Below, piece by piece: positions 49,132 through 61,728 of a stretch of DNA of 64,000 nt. Below the pieces are notes generated by a model. That model was given only the letters and a program-made list of their open reading frames with translations. It had not been told where the DNA came from and made no database searches. Every line of letters begins with the position of its first letter. Position 1 is the stretch's first letter. Made by a program: the position numbers and the translations under genes. The DNA is taken from positions 4,041-68,040 of the forward strand of contig JAIORP010000171.1 in NCBI GenBank assembly GCA_021108075.1, given 5' to 3'. The DNA is from Candidatus Omnitrophota bacterium (GTDB lineage: Bacteria; Omnitrophota; Gorgyraeia; Zapsychrales; Zapsychraceae).

Positions 49132-49506
49132 TTAACTTTCGTTTTTCTTCGTACCATATTTAGAACGTGATTTTTTTCGTTTACTAACACCCATCGTGTC
49201 TAATGTTCCTCGAACGACATGATATCTGACACCCGGCAAATCTTTTACACGTCCGCCTCTAACAAGCACAATCGAGTGCTCCTGCAAATTATGTCCTTCA
49301 CCTGGAATATAGGCTGTGACTTCTAATTTGTTAGAAAGACGAATTCTTGCAATTTTACGCAACGCAGAGTTTGGCTTCTTTGGAGTCATTGTTTTAACTT
49401 GCAAACAAACACCTCTTCTGAAGGGGCAGTTCATCAAAGCAGGCGACTTACCCTTTTTCTTTTTCTGTATCCGGTTTATCCGGATTAATTGTTGTATCGT
49501 TGGCAT
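49132..49506 (-). CDS. rpsL: 30S ribosomal protein S12
   Basis: [12 protein letters not shown]... aligns from residue 1 with S12. Its ATG lies 56 nt inside the rpoC reading frame. Confidence 0.95.
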   Translation of the reverse strand: MPTIQQLIRINRIQKKKKGKSPALMNCPFRRGVCLQVKTMTPKKPNSALRKIARIRLSNKLEVTAYIPGEGHNLQEHSIVLVRGGRVKDLPGVRYHVVRGTLDTMGVSKRKKSRSKYGTKKNES

Positions 49507-52500
49507 ATTTCACCATCTCTATTTCGTTATATTGTTTTAATCCAGTGCCTGCGGGTATCAAATGTCCCACAATTACGTTTTCTTTTAGTCCAGAAAGAAG
49601 GTCGATTTTACCAGATGAGGCAGCCTCTGTCAAGACCCTTGTTGTCTCTTGGAAGCTCGCTGAGGATATAAAGCTGTCCGTCGTCAAAGAAACTTTTGTA
49701 ATCCCTAACAATAACGGTGTTGCCTGTGCTGGTTTACCCTTCTTTTTAATGATATCATTGTTGGATTTATTAAAAGCAACGCGGTCAATTTGCTCACCAA
49801 CTAAAAACTTGCTGTCCCCGGAATCTTCGATCTTAACTTTCTTCAGCATCTGGGAAATGATCAACTCAATATGTTTATCATTAATGCGCACACCCTGTAA
49901 GCGGTAAACTTCTTGAACTTCATTCAACAAATACTCTTGTAAAACTTTATCCCCGCAAACGCGTAAAATATCATGCGGGACAACAGGACCGTCAGTTAAT
50001 TGTTGTCCGGCAAAAACACGGTCACCTTTATAAACATTAGGGTGTTTACCGTGTGGGATCGTATATTCTGCGCTCATACCTGTCTGACTTTTTACGATAA
50101 TTGTTCGTCGCCCTTTTTTATCCTGGCCAAACTCAACAATACCATCAATCTCGCTGATGATCGCCGGATCTTTTGGTTTACGAGCTTCGAACAACTCAGC
50201 AACACGAGGCAGACCACCGGTAATATCACGCGTCTTTCCTACCCCACGCGGAATCTTAGCGATAATTTCTCCCGCCCTAATTTCTTGTTGGTCGTCAACA
50301 AGGACATGCGCCCCAATCGGGATAGAATAGATACCGACAATTTCTTTCTTTTCGTCCGTAATAATAATCTGCGGATGGTATTCCTGTCGATGATCTACGA
50401 CAACACGCTCTGTAACGCCCGTGATCTGGTTGCGCTCTTCTTGAATCGTCACATCCGGAATAAGATCTTCTGAATTAACCAGACCCTTAACCTCAGTGAT
50501 AATAGGAATGGTGTACGGATCCCAGGTTACGAATGTTTTGTCTTTCTTCACATCGGATCCGTCGGAAAATTTGATGATAGCACCTTGAGGCAATTGATAA
50601 CGTTCATACTCTCGGCCATATTCATTATTGATACTGACCGAGCCATTGCGGTTCAAGACAATAAACTCATTCCCCTTCTCAACAACACGCAACTGATGAT
50701 ATTTTAACGTTCCGGCGTTCTTAGCCTTATAGAATGACTGCTCAATGGCACGACTAGCCGTTCCCCCGATATGAAATGTGCGCATCGTCAACTGTGTTCC
50801 AGGTTCACCGATGCTTTGTGCCGCGATGATACCAACAGCTTCACCAATTTCAACCAACCGTTGAGTCGCAAGATTGCGGCCATAACATTTCACACATACC
50901 CCGCGGGCTGCTTCACAAGTCAAAACGCTACGGATACGGACTTTCTCAATACCCAGGTGTTCAATAAATTCAGCCTTCTCTTCAGTGATAACCTCACCGG
51001 CTTCAACAACTTTCTGATCTGTTACAATATCAACAATGCTGTCTAAAGCAACACGGCCGGTAATACGTTCTTTCAGGCTGACAACCAGTTCGTCCCCTTC
51101 AACGATAGCGGCGACAGTGATTCCATTTAATGTCTGGCAATCAATTTCAGTTATAACAACTTCTTGCGCGACGTCAACCAAACGCCGGGTTAAATATCCG
51201 GCGTCAGCGGTTTTCAAGGCCGTATCAGCCAAACCTTTACGGGCTCCGTGAGTTGAGATGAAATACTCAAGAACAGTTAATCCTTCACGGAAGCTGGCTA
51301 TGATAGGATTCTCAATAATCTCTCCGGTTGGTTTAGCCATAAGACCACGCATTCCGGAAAGTTGACGAACCTGCAAACGAGAACCCCGGGCACCGGAATC
51401 GGCCATAATAAACACGGGATTAAATTGATCCATCTGACGGAAAACCAGGTCAGAGATAGCTTCTGTCGTATGGGTCCACACGTCGATGATCTTGTTATAT
51501 CTTTCACGTCCTGTGATAATCCCTTTACGGTACTGCTCGTCAACTTTAGAAACTTCTTGTTTTGATTGCTTGATTATATTACCTTTTTCTTTCGGAATCG
51601 TAAGATCACTGATACTAATGGAGATTCCGGCCAAAGTTGCATTTTGAAAACCAAAATCTTTAAAAGAATCTAACAGTTTGATCGTGGCATGTTGACCAAA
51701 ATGCTTATAACAATTGGCAATAATCGCGCCAATTGTTTTCTTATCCAACAAATTGTTAACAAATCCATAATTCTGTGGCAACAATTCATTGAACAAAACG
51801 CGTCCCACTGTCGTTTCAATAATTTGAACCTGAGGTTTTTCTTCCGTCACTTCGTTAGCTTTCACAGGATCGGCTTCATTCGCCGCCTCTTGCTGAAAAA
51901 TAACCAGCGACGGTTGATCCTCGCCCCAAATCGAACCGTCAAGGCGCATCTTAATTCTTTTATGAATGTCAACCATTCCATCATTAAAAGCAACGATAAC
52001 TTCTTCAGAATCAGCATAAATTTTCTTTTCATCTTTTGGATTAGGTTCTTCTTTCGTCAAATAATATAATCCCAGAATCATATCTTGGGAGGGTGTGATA
52101 ATCGGACGGCCATCAGCCGGCGAAAAAAGATTATTGATCGAAAGAAGCTGCAGACGACATTCAATCTGAGCTTCAAGTGATAGAGGAACGTGTACGGCCA
52201 TCTGGTCACCGTCAAAGTCAGCGTTAAAAGCGGCACAAACAAGCGGATGCAATTTGATCGCCTTGCCCTCGACCAACTTCGGGAAAAAAGCCTGAATGCT
52301 AAGCCGGTGCAATGTTGGAGCGCGATTTAACATGATCGGGTGATCCCGAATAACCTCGTCGAGAATATCCCAGACTTCAATTTTAGCCCGCTCAACCATC
52401 CGTTTCGCGCCTTTGATCGTATGAACAAAACCTTTCTCACGAAGCTTTCGGATAATAAATGGCTCAAATAATTCTAATGCCATTTTTTTCGGTAGACCAC

Positions 52501-53581
52501 ATTGATGCAGCTTCAATTCTGGACCGACGACGATAACAGATCGTCCAGAGTAATCAACACGTTTACCCAACAAATTCATACGAAAGCGCCCTTGCTTTCC
52601 TTTCAGCATATCTGAAAGAGATTTTAACGGACGGTTTCCAGAGCCTAAAACCGGTCGCCCATGGCGGCCATTATCAAGCAGGGCGTCTACAGCCTCCTGC
52701 AACATGCGTTTTTCATTTCGACAAATAATCTCAGGAGCTTTCAAATCCATCAATTTTTTCAAACGATTGTTTCTATTGATAACTCTTCGGTATAAATCAT
52801 TTAAATCAGATGTGGCAAAACGGCCACCTTCCAACGGGACAAGTGGACGTAAATCAGGCGGTATAACTGGCAGCGAATCCAAAACCATCCAATCAGCTTC
52901 ATTCCCCGAGAGGCGAAAATCTTCAACGACTTTCAAGGTCTTAGCAATTTTTTTCGCATTCGTACCTGCTGGATTCGCTTTGTCTAAATCTTTACGCAAC
53001 TTTTTTGCCAAACTGTGTAAATCTAATTCCCTCAAAAGTTCTTTAACCGCTTCCGCCCCAATCTTAGCTTTAAAACCAGCGCCATATTTTACAAGCGCAT
53101 CCTGAAATTCGTCTTCAGATAAAAATTGTTTTTTCTTTAACGGTGTATCACCTGGCTCGATGACAACATATTCTTCATAGTAAATTAATTTCTCTAAGTC
53201 TCTTAACGTAATTTGTAAAAGCGCGGCTAGACGGCTCGGAACAGCTTTGTAAAACCAAATATGCGTAACAGGACAAGCTAATTCGATATTGCCCATTCTT
53301 TCTCGCCGAACAGACGAACGCGTGACAAGAACACCGCACCGGTCGCAGGTAATACCCTTAAATTTGATACCCTTGTATTTACCACAATTACATTCCCAAT
53401 CCCGGACAGGACCGAAAATCTTTTCGCAAAACAATCCATCCCGTTCCGGTTTTAACGTTCTGTAATTTAACGTTTCCGCCTTACGGACAACACCACTAGA
53501 CCAAGAACGAATTGTATCGTGAGAAGCTATTTGGATTGTTATCCGATCTCTTTTTTCGGTATCTTCTTTCTTCTTTATCAT
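49448..53581 (-). CDS. rpoC: DNA-directed RNA polymerase subunit beta'
   Basis: 1377 aa, Zn finger [28 protein letters not shown] catalytic motif. Its 3' end overlaps rpsL by 59 nt out of frame. Confidence 0.97.
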   Translation of the reverse strand: MIKKKEDTEKRDRITIQIASHDTIRSWSSGVVRKAETLNYRTLKPERDGLFCEKIFGPVRDWECNCGKYKGIKFKGITCDRCGVLVTRSSVRRERMGNIELACPVTHIWFYKAVPSRLAALLQITLRDLEKLIYYEEYVVIEPGDTPLKKKQFLSEDEFQDALVKYGAGFKAKIGAEAVKELLRELDLHSLAKKLRKDLDKANPAGTNAKKIAKTLKVVEDFRLSGNEADWMVLDSLPVIPPDLRPLVPLEGGRFATSDLNDLYRRVINRNNRLKKLMDLKAPEIICRNEKRMLQEAVDALLDNGRHGRPVLGSGNRPLKSLSDMLKGKQGRFRMNLLGKRVDYSGRSVIVVGPELKLHQCGLPKKMALELFEPFIIRKLREKGFVHTIKGAKRMVERAKIEVWDILDEVIRDHPIMLNRAPTLHRLSIQAFFPKLVEGKAIKLHPLVCAAFNADFDGDQMAVHVPLSLEAQIECRLQLLSINNLFSPADGRPIITPSQDMILGLYYLTKEEPNPKDEKKIYADSEEVIVAFNDGMVDIHKRIKMRLDGSIWGEDQPSLVIFQQEAANEADPVKANEVTEEKPQVQIIETTVGRVLFNELLPQNYGFVNNLLDKKTIGAIIANCYKHFGQHATIKLLDSFKDFGFQNATLAGISISISDLTIPKEKGNIIKQSKQEVSKVDEQYRKGIITGRERYNKIIDVWTHTTEAISDLVFRQMDQFNPVFIMADSGARGSRLQVRQLSGMRGLMAKPTGEIIENPIIASFREGLTVLEYFISTHGARKGLADTALKTADAGYLTRRLVDVAQEVVITEIDCQTLNGITVAAIVEGDELVVSLKERITGRVALDSIVDIVTDQKVVEAGEVITEEKAEFIEHLGIEKVRIRSVLTCEAARGVCVKCYGRNLATQRLVEIGEAVGIIAAQSIGEPGTQLTMRTFHIGGTASRAIEQSFYKAKNAGTLKYHQLRVVEKGNEFIVLNRNGSVSINNEYGREYERYQLPQGAIIKFSDGSDVKKDKTFVTWDPYTIPIITEVKGLVNSEDLIPDVTIQEERNQITGVTERVVVDHRQEYHPQIIITDEKKEIVGIYSIPIGAHVLVDDQQEIRAGEIIAKIPRGVGKTRDITGGLPRVAELFEARKPKDPAIISEIDGIVEFGQDKKGRRTIIVKSQTGMSAEYTIPHGKHPNVYKGDRVFAGQQLTDGPVVPHDILRVCGDKVLQEYLLNEVQEVYRLQGVRINDKHIELIISQMLKKVKIEDSGDSKFLVGEQIDRVAFNKSNNDIIKKKGKPAQATPLLLGITKVSLTTDSFISSASFQETTRVLTEAASSGKIDLLSGLKENVIVGHLIPAGTGLKQYNEIEMVKYANDTTINPDKPDTEKEKG

Positions 53582-53582
53582 A

Positions 53583-56500
53583 TCACTTCTTCTTATCTTT
53601 TAATTTTTCGGAAAGTTTACTTACATCTGACTCTGTAAATTCATTAGCTTTCACCATATTTATATCGAGACATAAGCCTTGCAATTCTTTAACAAGAACA
53701 TTAAAGGATTCTGGTGTGCCTGGAGTAAGTTTTTGTTGGCCCTTAACAATCGCTTCATACATTCGGCTGCGGCCGATAACATCATCACTCTTTACAGTTA
53801 AAATTTCTTGCAGCGTATAAGAAGCACCGTAGGCTTCCAAAGCCCAAACTTCCATCTCCCCAAAACGTTGTCCACCAAAATGAGCCTTACCACCTAAAGG
53901 CTGCTGTGTGACCAAAGAATATGGTCCAATCGAGCGCGCATGAATCTTTTCATCGACCAGGTGGTTCAGTTTCAACATGTAGATATAACCAACGGTTATT
54001 TTTTGATCAAACGGCAATCCGGTAAAACCATCATAAACCGATGTCTTTCCATCAGGTGGAAGTCCGGCTGAGTCTAAACAATCATGGATTTCTTGTTCAA
54101 TCGCGCCATTAAAGACAGGCGTGACCGCATTAAAACCAAGAGCCTGTGCTGCCCAGCCAAGATGTGTTTCGAGCAACTGCCCGACATTCATTCGAGAAGG
54201 CACCCCGAGAGGATTCAACACAATATGGACGGGAGTTCCATCTTCAAGGAAGGGCATATCTTCTTCTGGAAGAATGCGGGACACAATTCCCTTGTTGCCG
54301 TGACGACCAGCCATCTTGTCACCTTCAGAAAGTTTTCGTTTGGTTGCGACATAGACGATGACCCGCTTCAATACGCCTGCTGGTAATTCATCGCCACGTT
54401 TAACTCTTTCGATTTCATGGGCTTCTTCTTCCGTTAAATCTTGTATTTTATCGTCATAAAAACGCCAAATTTCGCGTTCTTCTGATTCTTCAGCTATATC
54501 TTCAAGACTAATATTTGCTAGTTTCTTTTTATCAACACCAAGGGCTTTGCACAATTTTTTCTCTTTCTCTTCTTCGGCAAAAAGCGTTTCTTGCTTATAG
54601 TAGGCTTTAATTTTTTCAATGGCTTCTACTTCTTTAGTTTTATCCGCCTTGCTTTTTCGTCCGCGTTCATTGCGCTGAAAGACTTCAATATTCACAACGA
54701 CTCCCTCAATCCCCGGCGACAATGTCATTGATGTGTCACGGATATCAGCCGCTTTTTCACCAAAAATAGCCCTCAGCAGGCGCTCTTCAGGAGAAAGTTC
54801 TTTCTCGCTTTTCGGAGTCACTTTACCGACAAGAATGTCCCCGGATTTTACTTCTGCGCCGATACGGACAATTCCATCTTCATTCAGACTAACCAAAGCC
54901 TCTTCACTAACATTAGGAATATCACGGGTAATTTCCTCGTTCCCCAATCGTGTTTCACGACATTCAACTTCAAATTTCTCAACGTGAATCGATGTAAAAA
55001 CATCTTCCCGGACTAACCGCTCGTTAATAAGAATCGCATCCTCAAAATTGTATCCTCTCCAAGGCATAAAAGCGACCAGAACATTACGGCCTAATGACAA
55101 CCGGCCATTATTCGTCGCAATCCCGTCCGCGATAATCTCTCCAACCTTTATTTTTTGGCCGATTGCAACCAACGGTTTCTGGTGAAGGCAGGTATTGGCA
55201 TTCGTCCTTTGGAAATTACATAACGGGTATATCGTATCGTTGATAACAATTTCACGCGCATCCACTTTGGTAACAGTTCCCGCGTTCCTGGCTAAGACAA
55301 CAACGCCGGAATCACGAGCGACTTTTTCTTCCATACCTGTACCAACAAACGGAACTTCTGGAATCATCAACGGCACAGCCTGTCGCTGCATGTTAGACCC
55401 CATTAAAGCGCGGTTGGCATCATCATGTTCGAGGAAAGGTATCAATGAAGCCGCAACGGAAACGATCTGCAAAGGAGACACGTCCATATAGCTCACTTCC
55501 GCCGGAGCGGATTTTGGAAAGTCTGTTTTAAAACGGCAGGGCACTTCCTGGGTTTCAAAATTGCCGCTCTTATCGACGGAAACATTGGCCTGCGCTATCA
55601 TTTCTCCTTGATCCTTATCTGCCGTTAAATATTCAACCTTACTTGTAACCCGACCGTTTACAACTTTACGGTAAGGCGTCTCAATGAATCCCAAGTCATT
55701 GACCCGGGCACAGTTTGTCAAAGAGGCGATCAAACCAATATTCGGACCTTCAGGTGTTTCAATAGGACAAACGCGGCCATAGTGCGTTGGATGGACATCG
55801 CGCACTTCAAAACCAGCTCTTTCTCTTGATAAACCACCTGGGCCCAACGCACTCAACCGTCTTTTATGTGTCATTTCGGAAAGCGGATTAACTTGATCCA
55901 TAAATTGGGAAAGTTGACTGCGGGCAAAAAAGTCTTGGATTTGATTTGAAAACAAACGTGAATTAATCAAGTGATGCGCTGTTAAGTTTTCAAAATTACT
56001 CATAACAACCAATCGCTCTTTAATCGAACGCTCTAGGCGGGCCAAACCAATACGGACCTGATTCTGAACAAGTTCACCAACTGATTTAATACGGCGGTTA
56101 CCCAGATGATCGATATCATCTGTTTCGCCAAATCCATCCCGCAGGTTAAATAAATAACGGATCACCTCAACAACCGTACCGATATCCAGCACGCGATTGT
56201 CGAATGAGACATCCATTCCTAATTTTCGGTTGATAATATGACGTCCGACTTTGCTTAAATCGTATCGTTTAGGCTCAAAAAACAGTCTGAAGAAAAGGGA
56301 GTCAGCCACTTCAATGGTAGCCGGTTCAGTGGGCCGCATTTTACGATAAAAATCCAGCAAAGCATCTTCTTTGCTTTCCGTGTGATCTTTTTCAAGAGTC
56401 GGTTTTAATTTTTCCCAATCATCACCGAACATTTTTTGCATGTCTTCCTCGGAAGAAAGCCCCATGATACGCAAAATCTGTGTCGCAGGGAAATTTCTTC

Positions 56501-57059
56501 GGCGGTCGACGTAAGCTAATAAAATATTGTTAAGGTCAAATTTTATTTCAAACCATGCTCCACGGGCAGGAATAATCCTTCCATGATAAAGGCTACGACC
56601 TGTTGGGTGCAATTCTTCCTCGAAAGAAACACCTGGCGGGCGCTGAATCTGTGAAACAACGACCCGCTCATCACCATTAACGATAAAAGTACCAGTATCC
56701 GTCATTAACGGAAAATCGCCGAAGTAAACTTCCTGTTCTTTGATATCGACAGGTGTAATGAGTCGGAGCTTTACTTTTAAAGGAGCTGCAAAATTCATAC
56801 CTCTTCGTTTACATTCTGGAGATGAATATTTCTCCTTGCCGAGCGTGTAACTGATATATTCTAACTTGATCTGTCCATCATAGCTTTCTAAAGGGAAAAC
56901 ATCACGAAAGACTTCTTCAAGTCCCTGGTCTTTTCTCTTATCCGGTTCTAAATATCTTTGCAGAAAGAGTGCGTATGAATGGAGTTGAATATCTAGCAAA
57001 TGCGGCAGTACGAAATCATCATTAAACTTACTAAAATCTTTAATATTCAATGCTTTCAT
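53583..57059 (-). CDS. rpoB: DNA-directed RNA polymerase subunit beta
   Basis: 1158 aa. The stop and the rpoC start form TGA-T-ATG. Confidence 0.97.
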   Translation of the reverse strand: MKALNIKDFSKFNDDFVLPHLLDIQLHSYALFLQRYLEPDKRKDQGLEEVFRDVFPLESYDGQIKLEYISYTLGKEKYSSPECKRRGMNFAAPLKVKLRLITPVDIKEQEVYFGDFPLMTDTGTFIVNGDERVVVSQIQRPPGVSFEEELHPTGRSLYHGRIIPARGAWFEIKFDLNNILLAYVDRRRNFPATQILRIMGLSSEEDMQKMFGDDWEKLKPTLEKDHTESKEDALLDFYRKMRPTEPATIEVADSLFFRLFFEPKRYDLSKVGRHIINRKLGMDVSFDNRVLDIGTVVEVIRYLFNLRDGFGETDDIDHLGNRRIKSVGELVQNQVRIGLARLERSIKERLVVMSNFENLTAHHLINSRLFSNQIQDFFARSQLSQFMDQVNPLSEMTHKRRLSALGPGGLSRERAGFEVRDVHPTHYGRVCPIETPEGPNIGLIASLTNCARVNDLGFIETPYRKVVNGRVTSKVEYLTADKDQGEMIAQANVSVDKSGNFETQEVPCRFKTDFPKSAPAEVSYMDVSPLQIVSVAASLIPFLEHDDANRALMGSNMQRQAVPLMIPEVPFVGTGMEEKVARDSGVVVLARNAGTVTKVDAREIVINDTIYPLCNFQRTNANTCLHQKPLVAIGQKIKVGEIIADGIATNNGRLSLGRNVLVAFMPWRGYNFEDAILINERLVREDVFTSIHVEKFEVECRETRLGNEEITRDIPNVSEEALVSLNEDGIVRIGAEVKSGDILVGKVTPKSEKELSPEERLLRAIFGEKAADIRDTSMTLSPGIEGVVVNIEVFQRNERGRKSKADKTKEVEAIEKIKAYYKQETLFAEEEKEKKLCKALGVDKKKLANISLEDIAEESEEREIWRFYDDKIQDLTEEEAHEIERVKRGDELPAGVLKRVIVYVATKRKLSEGDKMAGRHGNKGIVSRILPEEDMPFLEDGTPVHIVLNPLGVPSRMNVGQLLETHLGWAAQALGFNAVTPVFNGAIEQEIHDCLDSAGLPPDGKTSVYDGFTGLPFDQKITVGYIYMLKLNHLVDEKIHARSIGPYSLVTQQPLGGKAHFGGQRFGEMEVWALEAYGASYTLQEILTVKSDDVIGRSRMYEAIVKGQQKLTPGTPESFNVLVKELQGLCLDINMVKANEFTESDVSKLSEKLKDKKK

Positions 57060-57106
57060 TGTCGTCCTTTACAGAATAAATTCCGTCTCTGGAATACTCT
57101 AAAAAA

Positions 57107-57547
57107 TTATTTTAATTCTACTTTTGCGCCGACAGCTTCTAATTTCTTTTTTAGTTCTTCCGCGTCATCTTTTGAAATAGCTTCTTTGACGGCCTTTGGT
57201 GCAGCCTCGACTAAGTCCTTCGCTTCTTTTAATCCAAGGCTCGTCGCAGCACGGACTTCCTTAATAACAGAAATTTTATTTGGCCCCACCTCTGCGAGCA
57301 CAACATCAAATTCCGTCTTTTCTTCTTCTGCTGCCGGAGCAGCCCCACCTGGCATCATACCTGGCATCATCATCGCACCCATAGGAGCAGCAGCCTGAAT
57401 TCCAAATCGATCTTCGAGCCCTTTAACTAGCTCCGAGAGTTCAAGCGCGGTCAAACCTTCGATCATCTTAGCTATTTCTTCCAGTTTCGGAGACAATTCA
57501 ACTTTTTCTTCAACTTTTTCTTCCACAGCATTATTATTCTCGGACAT
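57107..57547 (-). CDS. rplL: 50S ribosomal protein L7/L12 (146 aa, extended N-terminus and a Met/Pro/Ala-rich hinge)
   Basis: C-terminal domain typical. GGGAGG Shine-Dalgarno. Confidence 0.9.
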   Translation of the reverse strand: MSENNNAVEEKVEEKVELSPKLEEIAKMIEGLTALELSELVKGLEDRFGIQAAAPMGAMMMPGMMPGGAAPAAEEEKTEFDVVLAEVGPNKISVIKEVRAATSLGLKEAKDLVEAAPKAVKEAISKDDAEELKKKLEAVGAKVELK

Positions 57548-57549
57548 AT

Positions 57550-58080
57550 TTAATTTCCTCCCTTTTTTTCACTTAATTGTTTTAATATGGATAGTAAATC
57601 ACTTGTTTTCGCATTTAACGCGCCAGCCAAACGTGTTAATGGAGACTGAATCGTACCCAACAACATCGTCAATAAAATTTGGCGTGGCGGTAATGCAGAT
57701 AAAGCTTTGACTTTTCCCTTATCAAGATATTCCCCATCCAACAATCCACCCTGGACAGAAGCATTGTCGCACTCATCGATAAATTTAACGATAATTTTTG
57801 AAATATCAACAGCGTCAGAATTACTCAAAATAAAAGCTGTTTGGCCGGAAATTTGGTCAGCCAATTCCTGCTGCTCTAAGCCTTTAAGAGTGATCTGCGC
57901 CAATGAATTTTTCGAAACAAAAACTTCCGCACCGGCTTGCTTTAAAGTCTTTCTGAACTCACTCGTCTTCAATCCGGACAATTGAGAATAGCTGATAACG
58001 AAAACATTGCTACTGTTTTCAATTCCATCCTTGATCCGGTTAACTAATTTATCCCGATAAACTGTCCCTACTTTTTTCAT
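57550..58080 (-). CDS. rplJ: 50S ribosomal protein L10
   Basis: Family-typical. Confidence 0.9.
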   Translation of the reverse strand: MKKVGTVYRDKLVNRIKDGIENSSNVFVISYSQLSGLKTSEFRKTLKQAGAEVFVSKNSLAQITLKGLEQQELADQISGQTAFILSNSDAVDISKIIVKFIDECDNASVQGGLLDGEYLDKGKVKALSALPPRQILLTMLLGTIQSPLTRLAGALNAKTSDLLSILKQLSEKKGGN

Positions 58081-58757
58081 AATTTTAACCTCAAGCCTGG
58101 CCCCATTGTCGTCGACAAATAGGCGCTTCTGATCAAGTTTCCTTTTATAACAGCCGGACGCGCGTTGTTGACTGCGTCCACGAGCTCTTTGATGTTTTCA
58201 AGGATTTTATCATTATCAAACGATCTTTTACCGATCCCCGCATGAATACCTGCCTGTTTGTCCGATTTAAAGGCAACTTTACCAGCTTTCGCTTCTGTGA
58301 TGGCTTTCGCAACGTCTGTTGTTACCGTACCTGCTTTGGGTGTTGGCATAAGACCTCTTGGACCTAAAATTTTACCTAACCGGCTTAAATCTCTCATCAT
58401 GTCCGGGGCAGCAATAACGACATCAAAACCAAGGAATCCTTTTGTAATTTGTTCAATCAAATCCTTATTTCCGACCAGATCAGCGCCAGCTTCTTTGGCC
58501 TGAATTTCCATCTCCCCTTTACAAATAACACAAACGCGCACTTTCTTTCCCAGGCCGTTCGGCAAAATAACCGTCCCACGAACCATTTGATCTGAATTCT
58601 TTGGATTAATGTTCAGGGCTAAATGCAGTTCAATCGACTCATCAAACTTGGCTTTAGGGAATTTAGAAATATTTTCGACAGCTTCGTCGATTGTGTATTC
58701 CTGGTCAGGAGAAAACTCTTTTTTAAATTCTTTTTTACGTTTTGATAATTTAACCAT
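58077..58757 (-). CDS. rplA: 50S ribosomal protein L1
   Basis: Family-typical. Confidence 0.95.
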   Translation of the reverse strand: MVKLSKRKKEFKKEFSPDQEYTIDEAVENISKFPKAKFDESIELHLALNINPKNSDQMVRGTVILPNGLGKKVRVCVICKGEMEIQAKEAGADLVGNKDLIEQITKGFLGFDVVIAAPDMMRDLSRLGKILGPRGLMPTPKAGTVTTDVAKAITEAKAGKVAFKSDKQAGIHAGIGKRSFDNDKILENIKELVDAVNNARPAVIKGNLIRSAYLSTTMGPGLRLKL

Positions 58758-58758
58758 T

Positions 58759-59184
58759 TTAAACCACCACCTCTATGCCCATACTTCGAGCTGTTCCTTC
58801 AATAATTTTCTTAGCTTGATCTATTTCAACTGTGTTTAAATCTTCCATTTTTATTTTAGCAATTTCCAAGACCTGCGCTTTAGTGATTGACGCGATGATT
58901 TCGCGTCCGGCTGTTCCGGATGCTTTTGCCAAATTGGCAGCCTTTTTAATCAAAACCGAACTTGGTGGGGTTTTAATAATAAAGTCAAAAGATTTATCTT
59001 TATAAACATTGATAACAGCTGGCAAGATTAAACCTTCTCTACCTTTAGTTCTTTCATTAAATGCCTTGCAGAAACCCATAATATTCACACCGTGCTGACC
59101 TAACGCCGGACCAACAGGTGGCGCCGGATTCGCCTGTCCAGCCGGTACATATAATTTAATTTGCGCGATAACTTCTTTTGCCAT
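58759..59184 (-). CDS. rplK: 50S ribosomal protein L11
   Basis: Family-typical N-terminus ([15 protein letters not shown]). Confidence 0.95.
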   Translation of the reverse strand: MAKEVIAQIKLYVPAGQANPAPPVGPALGQHGVNIMGFCKAFNERTKGREGLILPAVINVYKDKSFDFIIKTPPSSVLIKKAANLAKASGTAGREIIASITKAQVLEIAKIKMEDLNTVEIDQAKKIIEGTARSMGIEVVV

Positions 59185-59185
59185 T

Positions 59186-59719
59186 TTATATTTTTTCCAC
59201 TTGCCAGTATTCCAGTTCCACTAGCGTTGATCTACCAAAAATAGAGACGCTAACCTTAAGTTTTCCACGGTCAGGATAAACTTCCATAACCGCCCCGTTA
59301 AAATTCGCAAAAGGCCCCTGAGAGATACGAATAGATTCCCCAATGTCGTATATTGTTTTTGGTGTCGGTTTTGTTTCTGTGTCTTCCGTTCGTTTTAAGA
59401 TCGAATCGACTTCGTCGGGGGAGATCGGAGTTGGTTTTCTCCCCGGACCGATAAAACCAGTTATCCCCGGAGTCGTTTTTACGAGATACCAGCTTTCCTT
59501 AGTCATTTCCATCTTGATGATGATGTAGCCAGGAAAAAACTTGCGGGCAGTGATCCTTTTTTTCCCCCCACGGATTTCAGCCACTTGCTCGGTAGGAACA
59601 ACAATTTCCTCTATATATGTCTTGAGAGCTGTTATTTCCATCCTGCGTGTTAAACCGGCCCTTGCCTTCTCTTCAGATCCTGTCTGAGTATGTACGACGT
59701 ACCACTTTTTTTCGCTCAT
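59186..59719 (-). CDS. nusG: Transcription termination/antitermination factor NusG
   Basis: NGN domain plus KOW. Confidence 0.9.
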   Translation of the reverse strand: MSEKKWYVVHTQTGSEEKARAGLTRRMEITALKTYIEEIVVPTEQVAEIRGGKKRITARKFFPGYIIIKMEMTKESWYLVKTTPGITGFIGPGRKPTPISPDEVDSILKRTEDTETKPTPKTIYDIGESIRISQGPFANFNGAVMEVYPDRGKLKVSVSIFGRSTLVELEYWQVEKI

Positions 59720-59723
59720 TTTG

Positions 59724-59909
59724 TTACCTAATAATTAATCCTAAAAATTTTGACAAAATAAAATCGGAAAGAGCAATGTATAAACCAACAAAAATCGCAC
59801 TAAAAAGAATGATCCAAGTTGCATCAATCACCTCAGAGCGAGAGGACCACGACACTTTCTTTAATTCTATAACAACTTCTGAAAAGAATTTTCTCACTTT
59901 GCCGATCAT
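59724..59909 (-). CDS. secE: Preprotein translocase subunit SecE
   Basis: 61 aa with a single TM helix, immediately upstream of nusG. Confidence 0.8.
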   Translation of the reverse strand: MIGKVRKFFSEVVIELKKVSWSSRSEVIDATWIILFSAIFVGLYIALSDFILSKFLGLIIR

Positions 59910-59921
59910 ATTATATCCTTA

Positions 59922-59995
59922 CAGGCCTGGTAGGGTTCGAACCTACAACACTCGGTTTTGGAGACCGATGCTCTGCCAATTGGAGCTACAGGCCT
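59922..59995 (-). tRNA. tRNA-Trp, anticodon CCA
   Basis: Hand fold: acceptor AGGCCTG/CAGGCCT, anticodon stem TCGGT/ACCGA with loop CTCCAAA, T arm GTAGG-TTCGAAC-CCTAC, discriminator G, CCA not encoded. In the canonical position upstream of secE. Confidence 0.85.
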
Positions 59996-60009
59996 ATTGT
60001 ATGCCTGTT

Positions 60010-60162
60010 TTACTTTTTCATTTCTTTGTGTGTCGTATGCAGACGACAGAAACGACAATACTTTTTAAGCTCTATTCTATCAGGTTTTTTCTTTTTATCT
60101 TTTGTACTCGTATAGTTAATACGTTTACATTCAGTACATTGAAAATTTATATTTTCTCGCAT
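60010..60162 (-). CDS. rpmG: 50S ribosomal protein L33 (50 aa)
   Basis: Hand translation: [50 protein letters not shown], with CxxC...CxxC. Below the track cutoff. Confidence 0.9.
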   Translation of the reverse strand: MRENINFQCTECKRINYTSTKDKKKKPDRIELKKYCRFCRLHTTHKEMKK

Positions 60163-60204
60163 CGCTATTCACTAAAAAAGATTGATAAAAATTTTTATTA
60201 CTTA

Positions 60205-60277
60205 AGCCCCCGACCGGACTTGAACCGGAGACCTCGTCCTTACCAAGGACGTGCTCTACCATCTGAGCTACAGGGGC
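60205..60277 (-). tRNA. tRNA-Thr, anticodon GGT
   Basis: Acceptor GCCCCTG/CGGGGGC (one G-U pair), anticodon stem CGTCC/GGACG with loop TTGGTAA, T loop TTCAAGT (one T-T mismatch at the base of the T stem), CCA not encoded. Confidence 0.8.
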
Positions 60278-60343
60278 ATATCTATTGTTTAAAATGAAAG
60301 GTTTTGGATGCCATTATGTTTTCTCGTATAATAAATATATCAA

Positions 60344-60371
60344 GTATAACCGAGACAGCTATAATGTCAAG
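60344..60371 (-). promoter_or_regulatory. Near-consensus sigma70-type promoter (-35 TTGACA, 16-nt spacer, -10 TATACT) with an A/T-rich UP-like tract, driving tRNA-Thr-rpmG-tRNA-Trp-secE-nusG
   Basis: Read on the minus strand: gttcTTGACAttatagctgtctcggtTATACTtg. The tRNA-Thr 5' end lies ~65 nt downstream. Confidence 0.5.
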
Positions 60372-60441
60372 AACAAATTTTGTTTTGTAAAAACTCTGAT
60401 TTATTCGCATTATTACAATTACAAACTTGTTCAAAAAAAAA

Positions 60442-61728
60442 TCATTCTAACCGTAAAAATCTTCTTTTCCCGACTTTAACGACTCCTTTTTGAGGCTTCC
60501 AACTCTCATCCACAATCTTATATCCCTCATGACTGACAGCCCCTTGATTGATCAATCGCCGGCCTTCACTTTTTGACGGAATCAATTTTGTCGATGACAA
60601 AATATCAAGCAACAACTCGCCTTCAATCCGCAGGACATATATCGGCATGTCATCGGGGTACTGTCTCCGGCTAAATGTTTTCTCAAACATTTCCCGTGCG
60701 GCTCTGGCCTTAAAAGCATCATAAAATTGAGAGACAATATTTTCACCAAGCTGCAACTTTGCTTCTTTGGGATGCATTGTTTTAATGTCATCTAAATCAA
60801 CATCCGTTAAAATTTCATAATAACGCATCATAAGCGCATCACTAATCGACATCACCTTGCCTAATATTTCTTCAGGCGGCTCATTGATGCCAATGTAATT
60901 ATTGAGCGACTTGCTCATTTTCTTAACACCATCTGTTCCCTCTAACAATGGCGTCATGATAACCACTTGCGGCTCTTGAACGGGCTTAAAGCCATTTTGA
61001 TATCTCTTCATATCCGTCTCAGGCCAAAGACCCTGAAAGTCAGGCTGATTCCGTAAGGCGTCAAATATCTCATTAACTTGCTTACAAAACGACTCATTGC
61101 AAGCTAATGTCTCCTGCAACTGGCGCCCCATCAGTAAATTAAATTTCTGATCCGTGCCGCCCAACTCAATGTCGCTACCGAGGACATAGGAATCAAATCC
61201 CTGCAATAACGGATAAATGAATTCCATCACACTTATTTCCATCCCACTTTCATAACGCTGTTTAAAATCTGACCGCGCCAGCACTTGTCCAACTGTTGAA
61301 AAAGCGGTCAAGGCCAAAAGCGACGTGGAATTCAACAGGCCTAACCATTGACTGTTGTAAACCACATTGGTCTTACTCTCATCAAGGATCTTAAACGCTT
61401 GCAGTGTATATGTTTTGGCATTATCGCGAATAAATGCCTGATCCAATCGGGGACGCAATTTGTTTTTTCCCGTGGGATCACCGATCAATGCGGTAAAATC
61501 TCCGACTAAAAAATCAACGTCATGTCCAAGGTCCTGAAATTGACGCAATTTCCTCAAAAGGACCACATGCCCCAAATGGATATCCGGGGCGGTGGGATCA
61601 AACCCGGCCTTAACCCGTAATGGATACCCTTCAGCCATGCTTTTCTGCATTTTTTTCTTTAACAGATCAGCATTGATTATTTCGGACGTCCCTCTGGTGA
61701 TTAAATCAATTTTTCCTTCTAAATTCAT
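60442..61728 (-). CDS. tyrS: Tyrosyl-tRNA synthetase (with a C-terminal S4 domain)
   Basis: HIGH-type motif (DIHLGH), KMSKS, 428 aa. Confidence 0.95.
   Translation of the reverse strand: MNLEGKIDLITRGTSEIINADLLKKKMQKSMAEGYPLRVKAGFDPTAPDIHLGHVVLLRKLRQFQDLGHDVDFLVGDFTALIGDPTGKNKLRPRLDQAFIRDNAKTYTLQAFKILDESKTNVVYNSQWLGLLNSTSLLALTAFSTVGQVLARSDFKQRYESGMEISVMEFIYPLLQGFDSYVLGSDIELGGTDQKFNLLMGRQLQETLACNESFCKQVNEIFDALRNQPDFQGLWPETDMKRYQNGFKPVQEPQVVIMTPLLEGTDGVKKMSKSLNNYIGINEPPEEILGKVMSISDALMMRYYEILTDVDLDDIKTMHPKEAKLQLGENIVSQFYDAFKARAAREMFEKTFSRRQYPDDMPIYVLRIEGELLLDILSSTKLIPSKSEGRRLINQGAVSHEGYKIVDESWKPQKGVVKVGKRRFLRLE

Noticed and set aside
59647-60297. Plus-strand 216-aa ORF spanning nusG, secE, two tRNAs and rpmG on the opposite strand
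   Set aside because: It crosses two tRNA genes and three conserved CDSs. This is an artefact of the low stop-codon frequency in that frame.
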